Source: Antedon mediterranea
Taxonomy: Eukaryota > Animalia > Echinodermata
Direction of reading: 5' to 3'
DNA length: 64,000 nucleotides
NCBI RefSeq assembly: GCF_964355755.1
Contig: NC_092679.1
Span: 13,437,432 to 13,501,431, forward strand
Shown here: in pieces, positions 1 through 11,090 of the stretch
Position numbering within the stretch: position 1 is the first letter of the stretch
Layout: the number at the start of each line of letters is the position of its first letter
Position numbers and translations under genes: made by a program
The notes under the pieces: model-generated
The model's database searches: none
Seen by the model: only the letters and a program-made list of their open reading frames with translations
Told to the model about the DNA's origin: nothing

Positions 1-503
1 GACCAATCATATGGGGCTTGACGTGTAAAGTATGTTAACCAGGAAGAGTGTAATTTCACTTTTTCCTTGACGACTTATTGCCGCGATGTTTGAGTGTTGG
101 CCATGAAGACTGAAGACTGTCCATGACGATTGGATTGTTCCCATGACAATAACGCGGCATAAGCTATTTGCACTGTAGTAGCCAAATGTAATTTATAACG
201 CACACTGAGCCTACTGTAGACCCGATGCCGACCTTTCGTTGTTTTGTTTACGATTTGATCTAGTTTTCCTTGTGTGGAGTAAATATTTAACGTTTAAAAT
301 TATAATATGGTAAACTTGTTTAGCCTTAAAACATAGATATATATAATATTAAAAACCTTACTTTAAACGTATAACATTTAGCGCCATCAATGATGTATTA
401 TGAATATTGTGATTGTTGACGTGATATTTTATGGTTTACCATGACGTTGAGGATTGATCATTTAACCTTTAAAATTCAACTACTGTTTGTTTCTTGTTTC
501 AAG

Positions 504-797
504 GGATACGAAGGTGCCAAACAAGTGCTTGACATTTTGAAGGATGAGGTGGAGAAGACGATGGCTTTAATGGGTAAGAATTGTGCGTTAATTACTACAG
601 CATAAGAGTTGTTGGAAATTAGTGCATGAGGTAAAACCTCCATGGTTAGTGTGTATTGCACTATTATTCTGTAATGTATTATATTAAACCTTATAACACA
701 GTTCTGATATTTCTTTTTAGGATGTACAAATATCAACGAAATAGAACAATCTATGGTGGTGCATCAAGATTACTACAGGCAGCCAACAGTGTTATGA
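504..797 (+). CDS. HAO1: Hydroxyacid oxidase (glycolate oxidase family), last two coding exons; the rest of the gene lies upstream of the window
   Basis: Exons 504-573 (tttcaag|...G|gtaag) and 721-797 (ttttag|...TGA) splice in phase to GYEGAKQVLDILKDEVEKTMALMGCTNINEIEQSMVVHQDYYRQPTVL*. This resembles the C-terminus of FMN-dependent alpha-hydroxyacid oxidases. AATAAA at about 1286. HAO1 versus HAO2 cannot be resolved from this fragment. Confidence 0.85.
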
Positions 798-2200
798 TAA
801 TAATTTTTCATACATTCTCATCATTTATAGTAAATGTGGCGGTATCTAATTTTACTTATATAGGAGGAGTGGTACCAAGTATAATAACAGACATCTACGT
901 CCACAGGCGTTCAAACTGTTTCGCTAATGAATTTAAATATGAATCAGAAGTTATAATATAACAGCACCATTATTATATGACATTTGTTCAATTTAAGATA
1001 TAAAATAAGTTACTGTAATGTCACAGTGGCGAGTTTCTCCTTGCTGATGAATGTGAGCGAAATTTATTATTAATTCGTAAACCACTACCGTAATTTATTA
1101 GGATATGTCAATACATAATTCAGTTTCTGTATGCAAGATATGTTGAGCCATTGTGACTGTTTTTTTTCTTATTATTCCTTCATCCATATGGTTGTATTTT
1201 CTATTTACGCCGTTTTTCGCACTCTACTAGATTGCGCTTGCGATTATTCCATTTTAGTTATAGGTGATATTTTCTTTACTTACTGAATAAATCAATTGTT
1301 AAATGTGTAAACTTTGAATTCAACTTAATACATTTAACATTGTGAAATGGCGTGTATAATGTTATATTTTTATTCCGACACTTGGATTTTTTTATACAAC
1401 TGTGATGGCGCTAGTTACAATCCATGCGTCAATAAAATGACGTAGGCCTAAATGCATAAATGGCATAAATACGGAGAAAGATGAGTACTTGGGTTCCATT
1501 TTGGGTACGGGGGACAAGTATTATGTTATGATATTGTAGTAACAAGCCAGTTGTGTAAAGATAAAGTAATTTAACTGATTGTCGATAAATTTGTTTTGTC
1601 GTCAGCAGAAGCTTATTGACAGACAAGGGAGATATAAAACTAGTGTTTATAAATACGTCCGCAATCAATGTTTACGACCTTCGGCGGTGCATTTAGGCCC
1701 TATTCAAAAGCCGTAACAACCGGAGATAAGACAAATAATAATCACGACCCATTTCATTTGAACGGTTACACCAAGGCATTAAGGCAATCTAACAACAGGA
1801 CAGACACAGGGCTTGCCTTGCCAAACTAGCAAATCGTAAAGACAATAAATTCCACCAACATACTCTATGTGTACTATAGGCTGAGCGTGTAACTGGTCGT
1901 GTCGCAGCCACATATGAACCCTTTGATCTGCGGGAGATTCAGGTTATTTTCATGATTTCTACTATTTCTCTTTACATAACCGATTTTAATTTAGTTTTTT
2001 AGACGGTTTGCCTTTTATTGCTGTACATGGGTTGCCTAGGAAGCGACGATTTTTAGGCGAGACTGAAAAAATTAAAGTTGCGTAAATGGCGCTCCATAGT
2101 TAAAAGCGTTCCATACCAAAACACGTTTTATTCGCCCGCCGCGAGTAGATCAGAATCAACATTTAGATAGATAGACAGCATAAAAAATACTGTAAAAACC

Positions 2201-5200
2201 ATGGCTAGTGGAAGACAGGCTGCCAGAAAAGCTTATGAAATATTTGTAGCAAGGTTACCTTGGACCGTAGGACCCGGTATGATACTATGAAATTAGTTTC
2301 ATAGGTAGGGTTAGACCTAGTTTAGGCTAGGCTATTTATAGGCCTCACTCCACACCAGTAAAGTGTTGGTAGCAGATGCCTGCCGGCGGCTATGCCTACT
2401 TCGGGCTAGCCTCTACTAGAGGTCACTAGGCCTAGGCCTAGCTAGGTAGAGGTCTAGCCTAGGCCAGGGCCGTAGCCAGGATCTGTCAAGGGGGGGTTCG
2501 CACACTAAGTATTTGGCCCACCCCCATACCTACCCCCCCCCCCGGGGTGGGGCCTGAGGCGAAGCAAATTTTGTTAAATGACACCCCTAGTAGATGGCCG
2601 GAAAAGACACTCATGCAGCATGCTACGAATGAGCAAAACGATCGTACTGGGACTCGTGGACTATTTAAACGATAACATTTGTTGCCGTATGTTAGATGCC
2701 CGTGCTCTGCGCGGAACCGCCGATTGTTTGTTTGATAAAAATTTGATCATTTACTCGATATTTTGTTTTGCGTTCAAGTTCAATGCGAACGTACGTCTAG
2801 GAGAAGCCCCGAAAAAAGCACACTGGGTGAAGGCAAATGCAATTCTTATTATAGCACTATCTATAATATTTACATAAAATAAAAGGGGGAATCCCGGATT
2901 GTTTAGTTTTAGCGGCAGCGCTTGCAGCTAATCGCTATGGCTGTTCCTGATGCCAAAACAAAATATTGGTTAATTTTTCAACCAATAAAAGTGCGCATGA
3001 TCAGTCCAAACAACCAGATGCCCAATAACATTGCAACAATTTGTCCTTCACGTCAAAGGTTAAAGATTTGAATGAGAAAAAAAAAGAATCTCTGCGTAAT
3101 TGATCGAACAATCTTCCTTGGATATTTGGTCAAACATCATAAAAAAAAATACACCCACTTGTTTAGCGCACAGTAACTGCAGCCACACATTGGAATAGAC
3201 TACTGTACTCGTACTCTTCTGTGTATAATACTATATCTCGGTTAGAGACCAGTCCCGCCTAAAAGGTAAGCTAGTCTGCCTTGTGTAATAACAGTAATAC
3301 CAGCACACTCTCGGCCGATTTACAATAAGCATTGATTTTAAATGCACTTTTATTTTACGTTTTTACTTTTAAAATAATAATCGCCTGCATTTATGGGGCC
3401 GGGGCAAGTGGCACATTTCTTTAATGCCATACTACATCAATCTATACTATTCTGAAGCCGACCGGACCTAGCGGTTCAGGTTCTTTCTGGTCTGGTCTTC
3501 CGATGTCCTCCCTTCTCCGAGGCCCACCTCCACCATACGGTGCCCGCCACTCCACTCGAGCCTCCATCGAGTGCTCCGCTCCAGTGGTTCAAAGCAAGTC
3601 GGAGCATGCGTCCTTATCACGTGGGCGCACATGCTGTCCACTGGACCGCATCCTAGAGGGCATGACGTCTTCCGCAAGGCCGGGGTGCTCACCCCTCCCT
3701 TCTCCCCAGCCACTACGGACTCCTTCGGACTGGCCAGGAGCACCTCTTCCTCCATCTCGGTCACATGTGTGGTGCTAATGTAAAACAAGCACGAATGTGC
3801 AATACTCGGGGTACAGCGAAAGAAGCTGTAATGACGTCATAAGACCGGATGTAACGTCACATACACATCAAAAACCGCGCTACCAAATACGGCTATACGA
3901 TACCATCTTCGAGACGTCATATGGCTGCATCCGGTATGAAATTAAAAAATCCGGCTCTCTATAGCTTTGAGGACATGTCCCTATATTCATGCTAAATCCG
4001 AGCTCAATACTACAACGAATAAGGGAGGAGTAGTACTTTATAAATTGCACTTTTTGCTCAATAGTGTCCGGATGGAAGAAGAAGAGGAAAAGATGAGAGA
4101 GTCCTAGACTCAGGTACCCCGACTAATAAAACGATATATACTCTATATCATTTTACGTATACAGTATATTTCACCATAAAGTTAAAGAAAAATAGGTTTC
4201 GCCAGGGCTCGAACCGGGACCTTCTGCGAGTTAAGCAGACTTGACAACCACTACACTACGAAACCTCTTACACCAAAAATGTGGGTTACACAAAGTTTTT
4301 TAATCCATTTAAATTACAAATAAATTATTATGTAATAAGCACAAAGCAAGATAAACATGTGTAAAAGTGATAATTACCGATTACATAAAATAAATATTTT
4401 TAAAAATAATAAAAATAAGATATACTGTATATCATATTACCTTATCAGTACTTTTTACCATAAAGTTGAAAAACAAAGGTTTCGCCCGGGCTCGAACCGG
4501 GGACCTTCTGCGTGTTAAGCAGACGTGATAACCACTACGCCAAGAAGCCGCATATAACTACATAACGCTGTGGTGTGTGTCACACATTGTGGCTTCTTAA
4601 TTAAACAAATTAATTAACAAAAAAGCACGAATGTGCAATACTCGGGGTACAGCAAAAGAAGCTGTATACAGACGTATACAGTTAGAAAGTAAAGAAAAAT
4701 AGATTTCGCCCGGGCTCGAACCGGGACCTTCTGCGTGTTAAGCAGACTTGACAACCACTACACTACGAGACCTCTTACATTAAAAATGTGGGTTACAGAA
4801 AGTTTTTTAACCCATTTAAATTACAAATAAATGGTAATAAGCACAAAGCAAAATAAACATGTGTAAAAGTGATAAATACCGATTACACAAAATAAGTATT
4901 TTAAAAAATAATAAAAATAAAATATACTCTGTATAATTATCATATTGCGTATACAGTACTTTTCACCATAAAGTTAAAAAAAAAGGTTTCGTCCGGGCTC
5001 GAACCAGGTACCTTCTGCGTGTTAAGCAAACGTGATAACCACTACGCCAAGAATCCGCATATAACCATATAACTACATAACGCTGTGGTGTGTGTCACAC
5101 ATTGTGGCTTCTTAATTAAACAAATTAATTAACAAAAAATTAAAAATCCGGCTCTATAGCTTTGAGGACATGTCCCTGTAGTATGTTCATGCCAAATCCC

Positions 5201-8200
5201 AGCTCAATACTATAACGAATAAGGGAGGAGTAGTACTTTAAAAATCGCACTTTTTACTCAATAGTGTCCAGATGGAGGAAGAGAAGGAGAAAATGAGTAA
5301 GTACTAGACTCGGGTACCCCGAGTAAAAATGGTAGGTTAACCATGTCTGAGAAGGAAGAGAAGATAAACGTGAATACTTAATTGCTAACTGAGGATTTGC
5401 AGTCTGCACATCGATACAGATCGATGTCCAAGGCCTCATATGGTGCAATGTTCACACATACCCCATGATACCACACATCACAACAGTCATATTGTATCAT
5501 AAACGAGCCGGCCCAGGGCTGGCGACATAAACAATACAATGGTCCCGCACCATCATCTGTAGGTGAAAAAGAAGGTAAATTAAAATCAATTAGCCATTTA
5601 GGAAGCTGTCAATCCCGAAAGGGCTTCAACTTGTCAGGATTTAGAACAACCAGGGTTATTCCTCAGCTTGCAACAAGCAAGAACTAATAACCTTAGTAAC
5701 AATACCAATTCCCCAATCGGTAGCGTTGTCAAGAACGTAGACTTTGTCCCCACATTGGTATGGACATTGCAGTACTCAAAGATCATAGTCCCGTTTCATT
5801 CTCTTCTGAGTTTGCTTTAGCGTTTCCCTAGCGACGTCATGGGCGTCATCGATTGCTTTCACTCAATCTGCAACATAGGTGCCTACCTCCAGCTCATCAG
5901 TGGACCTGCATTCTCCAAACATAAGGTCAGCTGGTAAGCGTGAAGCATATTACAGCATTCATTATTGTGCGATTAAAATGGCTCTACTTGACCATTAGCC
6001 GCCATTCGGTTGCTTGTCGTCCAGGTCTTCTGGATCTGTAAAACTTTATATAAACATGCGAACAATTCACTTTCACCTTACTTTTATGTTTACTATAATA
6101 TAATCCCCTATAACTATCATATTTTTCAAACTCCCTAATAGCTCTGGGTAGAGTAGAACAGTGCTAGTGCAGGATGTGTCTACCTACTACTCTGGCCCTG
6201 CACCCAATACAGAACTACAGCATGCTCTTAGGCAAATCCTTAAATGCCTTTCTTTCTAGTTAAGGACAGCACTCCATCTCACCATTCCTCTAATTGTCTC
6301 TCCCTCATGTTGAGTAGAGGTCTCTAATTTAGCTTGGAGGACTGCAGGGAGGTCATCCTCATTAAAGCATTGGTAGAAAGCTTTAATGATTTGCCCATAT
6401 CAGCATCCATTTCTATAAGATTTACATAAAACTTAGCCGCCGCACCGTCTAAACACCAAGTAAGGACGTCCTTACTTTCACAGTTCTTGAGTTCCTGCTT
6501 ATCTATAAATGAAGCTAACCGTTGCTTAAAAAAGGACCAGTTGTCTCTCCTCCCCCTAAACGTTAGAGACCTAGGTATATCCTTTTTACGCATCCGCCTA
6601 CGTTCTAAAGGACACTGTCTGTCTTCATAGTGCCTCATTGTCGGGGTAGTCCTATTAGACATTCCCCTGCACTATGTCTCGGATTCTACTCCTGCTTCTA
6701 TCCGTATCGGTACCATCCCTACTAAGGTCACTATCACTAGTCGATGGAGATCGCTGGCGAGACCTAGCTTTAGACCTAGTGGTTTTAGATTGTCCCTTGG
6801 GAACTCTTTCCTCCTCCTCGTCCCTAGTGCTAAAACACAAATCTAAGTTTATTGGATATGGCATTTTGATTTAGGACTTCCTCCTAGCAGGTCCTGCAGT
6901 AGAATACGTACCTGGTATGTCTAATAAAGGAGTGGCATAGGGCGATGCGAGGATGTGATATCGGCCACTCTGGCCCCTGTCATTCTGCCCCATATGACCC
7001 TCCCATATCTACAGATGTTCTCCTGGCCATTCTATTTTGTTTTTCCAACAGAGGTGACACATTGTCATTCATTTGACCTATTCCCCCACCTAAACTTGGA
7101 TTCGGTTGAAAATCCAGGTATTTCACCAACCTGGCAGTACCAGCTAATCCATGTATTTGAAATATGTTTAGAGGACATAATATTGCCGTGGGTGGACCGC
7201 CATTTATTTATTTTCCCTGCACTTTTCTTTCCTACATTAGGAACTCTGTGAAGGTCGTGTATCGAGCAAAAGTTAAATATGTATTGTCCCTTGAAACACA
7301 CAAAAATGAAGGCCAAAATATAATAAATTTTAATTGGCCATATCAAAGCAATATTAAAGTTATTCACTTTAAGTCTAAAATTCAAGCCAAAAACAACAAA
7401 CAATTTTACGTAATTAACAGCTAAATTAATTTTATTACATTTCGTCTAGTCGCGAGCGAAAGTAAACAAAGATTTCAAACCATGAGTATACATTATGCAT
7501 GATGTTAATTAGGATTGTTTACAACTTGTCACGGTTGAGAAGGTGTTTTCACACAGATCGTGAGGAAGTTTTATGATTATGCATACAGAGTAGCCAAACA
7601 AGCGCATTGCATTATGAGATATGTTTTGATCGAAAACTTTGACTGGAAGTCAAAGTTACTTTTTGAACCAAAAAGCGTCTGTATTTCAGTTAAATGATTT
7701 TTTTTTCGACTAATTTTTGGTGAAAGTTAATAACTATTATGATACAGTAGTTCATTATTACCCACTTTTTTTCGAAATCTTTTTATTTTTATTTTTTTTG
7801 GAATTTGACAAAGGGACAATACATCTTTAATCAGAACCTTAATAATAGACATGATCTACAAATGGGCTCTATCTCACTTTCTGCTTTTGTGTATTCTGTG
7901 TTCCTAAATCTAGTTACAGTGTGTGAAAGATGTTAATGAGCAAAGAGTACAAACAATACGGATTAAAATACTGATAGGCGTACAGTAGTAATAAATGTAG
8001 GCACAACAGTATAATAAAATATCGTCAATGCAATAACACACACAGATATTGCGAAATGGTCGTTGGAGATACAAATATAGTTAAAATATTTCACCAGCAA
8101 ACCTACAATAAAAAGCAACTAGATTATTAAGAAATACAGTTTTACCACTAAACCTTCCTCCGATGCACAGAAAGGAGAGCAGTAATGCCATAGTAAAGTT

Positions 8201-11090
8201 AACACAATATAATACGCACAGCCAGTATAATTTCTCAAGATGAAAAACCTGACTGACGGACGAAAAAGATGTTATAAAAAAAAACAATCAAGATTAAAAT
8301 TAGTGGTGCCACTCAGTTCAATGTCCACGCCTAGTACCCCACTAGGTGATACAGCCTAATAAACTGCCCACTAAATACTTCAAATAGCAAAAAAAATACA
8401 ACTCTAATCAGCAAGTATCCAAATGCCACAATACTGCGTGATTAACTTACCAGTATCTTTACCCTTCAATAAATTTATCCACTTCAATGCACTGTAGTGT
8501 AAGTACAACAACTTTAATAGGTTTTACAGGACGAAATATCTCGCGATCAACACGATCACGTTAAGAATGGCAAACCCGGCAAAAAAAAAAGAATTCCGAG
8601 CTTTTGCTCGCAGCGCCAATGTTGTGATTTTTAGTTAGCAATGTAATGGCTGAATAATTAAAGCAACTAGGCTGATCAGTCCCGCTTTCCTAAGAATCAC
8701 ACAAGGTATTCGATAAGCAAGTCCAAGTATAGGTCAGTGTAGTTCCGTCTTTTTCTCTTGGTTGCCTGTTTCTCTTGGTTGCCTGTTTCAAATAGACCGG
8801 TTCGGGTGGCGTCGAGGTCCCATACCCCGTGTATGCAACTCAGGCTATCGGGGCGGCGCCCTCGTTCGACTGGAGGGGTGGTCTGTTCACCCAGTGGGCA
8901 CCATTCACAACACCATACACGACCGTTTTGAAGTGCGACCCAAATGTAAGGGCGTGTGGTGCAGTGTGTTGGACGTTGGACTACCGATCGTCAGACCTAG
9001 GTTCGAATCCAACTCTCGCCGCATTGCTTGTATCCGTAGGCAAGATACTTTACTTACGTTGCCTCTCTCCACCCAGGTGTATAAATGGGTACCCAGTTAG
9101 ATCTAGACACAACTTTGCGCTGGTTACCGGCTACATTATGGGAGTATGTTTCCATACGTGTTTGATCCCAAAAAATACTGGGGTAATAATGCTTGTAAAG
9201 CGCCTTTGAGCATGATTACTCATGAAAAGGGCGCTATATAAATGTGGTATTATTATTATTATTAAATGATTTGTAGTCCAGTCAATATCACCTTCAACTT
9301 AACACTTTATTTTCTTTATTTTCAGAGGAACTGCGAGGTTATTTTAGTCAATTTGGTAATGTTAGAAATGTGAATGTTCCATATGTAAGTATTGAAAGTA
9401 TCAAAATAAAGAAACAAAACAATGTATTTAAGATCTAAAAAGAAAGCCAAAAGCATGCTGGTTTAGTGCTTATGCTTATCAAAACATTTAGGTTGTACAG
9501 TATGTATTAGTTCTTGAGCCAAACCTTCACACCAAATGACATACAGTATACCACTAACTAAAACATGCAAAGTACAGTATTAAGATACCAAGAAGTCCTT
9601 TATTTTACATTTATGCATGTCTAAATATTACAGTTATACTTATGAGTCTCAGCACCCATTCTCGTAGTCAACCTGCTATTTAAATAGTTTTAGTATTGAG
9701 CCTAAAGCTATATTCACATGATGCCTTCAATATGATTTTCTATTATTTAACAACATGGCATCGTCTTTTGTTCCATGTGAAGCGGAAAAAGTGCTAATGT
9801 AGCTTAATTCCAAGTAAATATTCTATTTAATTTTTGAAATTCAAGTTTTACTACATGAATGATGAATGTATTTAATAGTTGCGATGTTAATTTCTTTCAG
9901 GATATGAAGACTGGATTTTCCAAAGGTTTTGGTTTAGTACAATTTCAAAACATACAAGACGTCCAGAATGTGCTGAAACAAGATGTTCACATTTTAGAAG
10001 GAAAAAAGGTAAGATTCAAAATTGGAAATATTACAGCAATGGGGTCATTGTAACTGTCAGTAAGTAATGTGGAAGTGACTACGTATGCACAGAGTCAACA
10101 TTGTTTGTACATTTGTACAGTTGTTGTTATTTAAATCAAGTTTTAAAGTTGTCGATGTCTGTAAAGTTGGTTACTAATAAACTGTAGTTATAAATTAAAA
10201 CGCAATTCGCTGTAGAGGACGTAGATGCAAAAACATAGTGGAACTAGGGTGAGAAATGATAGAAAAGGTCAAAGTCTACTGTTTATACTTTTATGTATTT
10301 TGAAAATATTATTTGGTAGGTCAATTTGTGGTATTATATTTTTAAAGCTAGTTACTTATTCGCTGTAGAGAGCATACATTTTTAGGTCATGGAACAAGGG
10401 TGATAAATTATAGAAGAGGTCTAGGGTCAACTATTAATACCATAATGTTTTGAAAATACTATATAGTGTTATAACATTTATAAAAGCTAGTTACACATAT
10501 TGTAAATGCAAAAAAAAACAACCATGAAACTAGATTGGGAAATGGTAGAGGAGGTCAGGGGTCATCCATTCATATTTTGAAAATTATGTAGGTCAAGTTT
10601 TATATCGTTTATAAAACTTTCTAGTTACTTATTCCTACCAATGGCATAAATTCAATAATCATCATCATTGGTAGTCAAGAATCACCTATTCATAAACAAA
10701 ACAAGATAGTTGTTGTACAGAGAACATGCAAAAATGGGGTAAATGCAAAAAGACACAAAACTAGGGTAGGTTAAGGGTCACCTATTTATACTAAATGTTT
10801 TGTTGTGTTACAACGTTTATGGTATAAAACGAGTTACCTATATTTGCTGTAGAGGGCAAACATTTAAAAAAAATTACAAAACTAGGCTTGGAAATTGTAA
10901 AAAATGTCAAGGGTAAATATTATGTGTAATATGATGTTTATAAAGCTAATTACTTCAGTTAATTTACCATAAAGAGCGTAAATGAAATGTGTTACTGTAC
11001 TTTTTTATGTATACTTTCTAGGTCCATGTTCAACAGAGTGCTCAAGGAAAACCAGAAAAACTTCAAATAAATGGAGACTTTATTGGCTGA
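2201..11090 (+). CDS. SLIRP: SRA stem-loop-interacting RNA-binding protein (single RRM, mitochondrial), complete 4-exon CDS, 103 aa
   Basis: Exons 2201-2276, 9326-9384, 9901-10008 and 11022-11090 are all GT-AG and in phase: MASGRQAARKAYEIFVARLPWTVGPEELRGYFSQFGNVRNVNVPYDMKTGFSKGFGLVQFQNIQDVQNVLKQDVHILEGKKVHVQQSAQGKPEKLQINGDFIG*. RNP2 (IFVARLPWT), RNP1 (KGFGLVQF), size and the PWT/HILEG motifs match SLIRP. Confidence 0.92.
3783..4128 (-). mobile_element. Helentron-associated non-autonomous element (HINE/DINE-1-like), family A, short complete copy
   Basis: On the minus strand: T-run, then a 5' sub-terminal repeat (AGTCGGGGTAC) with adjacent partial inverted repeat, a CTT-rich microsatellite, the 3' sub-TIR GTACCCCGAGTA, a GCAC-ATTC-GTGC hairpin and a TTGTTT end. 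Segments recur at 4620-4665 and 5137-5328. Confidence 0.7.
4195..4265 (-). pseudogene. tRNA-Val(AAC)-derived copy, subtype A
   Basis: Reverse complement GGTTTCGTAGTGTAGTGGTTGTCAAGTCTGCTTAACTCGCAGAAGGTCCCGGTTCGAGCCCTGGCGAAACC. Acceptor stem is perfect and the anticodon stem TCTGC/GCAGA carries AAC. D and T stems have mismatches and one base is deleted. A T-run follows. Confidence 0.75.
4478..4549 (-). tRNA. tRNA-Val(AAC)-like, subtype B; best preserved copy but probably a pseudogene
   Basis: Reverse complement GGCTTCTTGGCGTAGTGGTTATCACGTCTGCTTAACACGCAGAAGGTCCCCGGTTCGAGCCCGGGCGAAACC. D, anticodon (AAC) and T arms and the A/B boxes are intact. The acceptor stem has two mismatches. Confidence 0.65.
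4702..4772 (-). pseudogene. tRNA-Val(AAC)-derived copy, subtype A
   Basis: Near copy of 4195-4265 with the same D-arm changes and deletion, plus acceptor stem mismatches. Confidence 0.7.
4985..5056 (-). pseudogene. tRNA-Val(AAC)-derived copy, subtype B
   Basis: Near copy of 4478-4549 with additional stem mismatches. Confidence 0.7.
5330..8909 (-). mobile_element. Decayed Gypsy/Ty3-type LTR retrotransposon (putative 5' LTR, PBS, gag and integrase remnants) in SLIRP intron 1
   Basis: Minus strand shows a TGTGAATGG...CACAACA segment (about 8909-8620) followed directly by TTGGCGCTGCGAGC, a PBS-like sequence at 8606-8619. A gag-like peptide lies at 6324-6662 (TFRGRRDNWSFFKQRLASFI...LTWCLDGAAAKFY). 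A frameshifted integrase motif ANGQVE.FNRTIMNAV lies at about 5950-6000. Boundaries are approximate. Confidence 0.65.
8951..9263 (+). mobile_element. tRNA-derived SINE with a conserved central domain (CORE/Meta-like) and an L2-type tail
   Basis: Head has an A box (TGGTGCAGTGTG) and a B box (GGTTCGAATCC). The centre reads GGCAAGATACTTTAC...GCCTCTCTCCACCCAGGTGTATAAATGGGTACC. The tail is GTAAAGCGCCTTTGAG...AGGGCGCTATATAAAT followed by (TAT)n. Confidence 0.85.
10200..10980. repeat. Old degenerate tandem repeat in SLIRP intron 3
   Basis: Blocks such as (a)gctagttac(t)tatt(cgc)tgtagag...aactagggtg...agaggtc.aggg recur several times at roughly 130-150 bp spacing. Confidence 0.5.

Larger units (their letters stand above)
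4618..5328 (-). mobile_element. HINE family A copy whose interior is a tRNA-Val pseudogene dimer
   Basis: Same termini as 3783-4128 (aagcacgaatgtgcaatactcggggtac ... gactcgggtaccccgagtaaaaa). The middle is replaced by about 460 bp containing two tRNA-like sequences. Confidence 0.65.

Noticed and set aside
1040-1070. CTGATGA...GAAA in the HAO 3' UTR as a hammerhead
   Set aside because: No convincing stem II or stem I pairing.
2084-2092. YY1-like AAATGGCG motif upstream of SLIRP
   Set aside because: Short, imperfect and expected by chance, so it is not supportable without functional data.
3468-3788. GC-rich patch with three overlapping ORFs
   Set aside because: No recognisable domain or splice context. 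Probably a TE fragment, but it cannot be assigned.
4195-5056. Functional four-gene tRNA-Val cluster or tRNA-derived SINEs
   Set aside because: Every copy has stem mismatches or a deletion. None has a SINE body or tail; they stop at the tRNA 3' end before T-runs.
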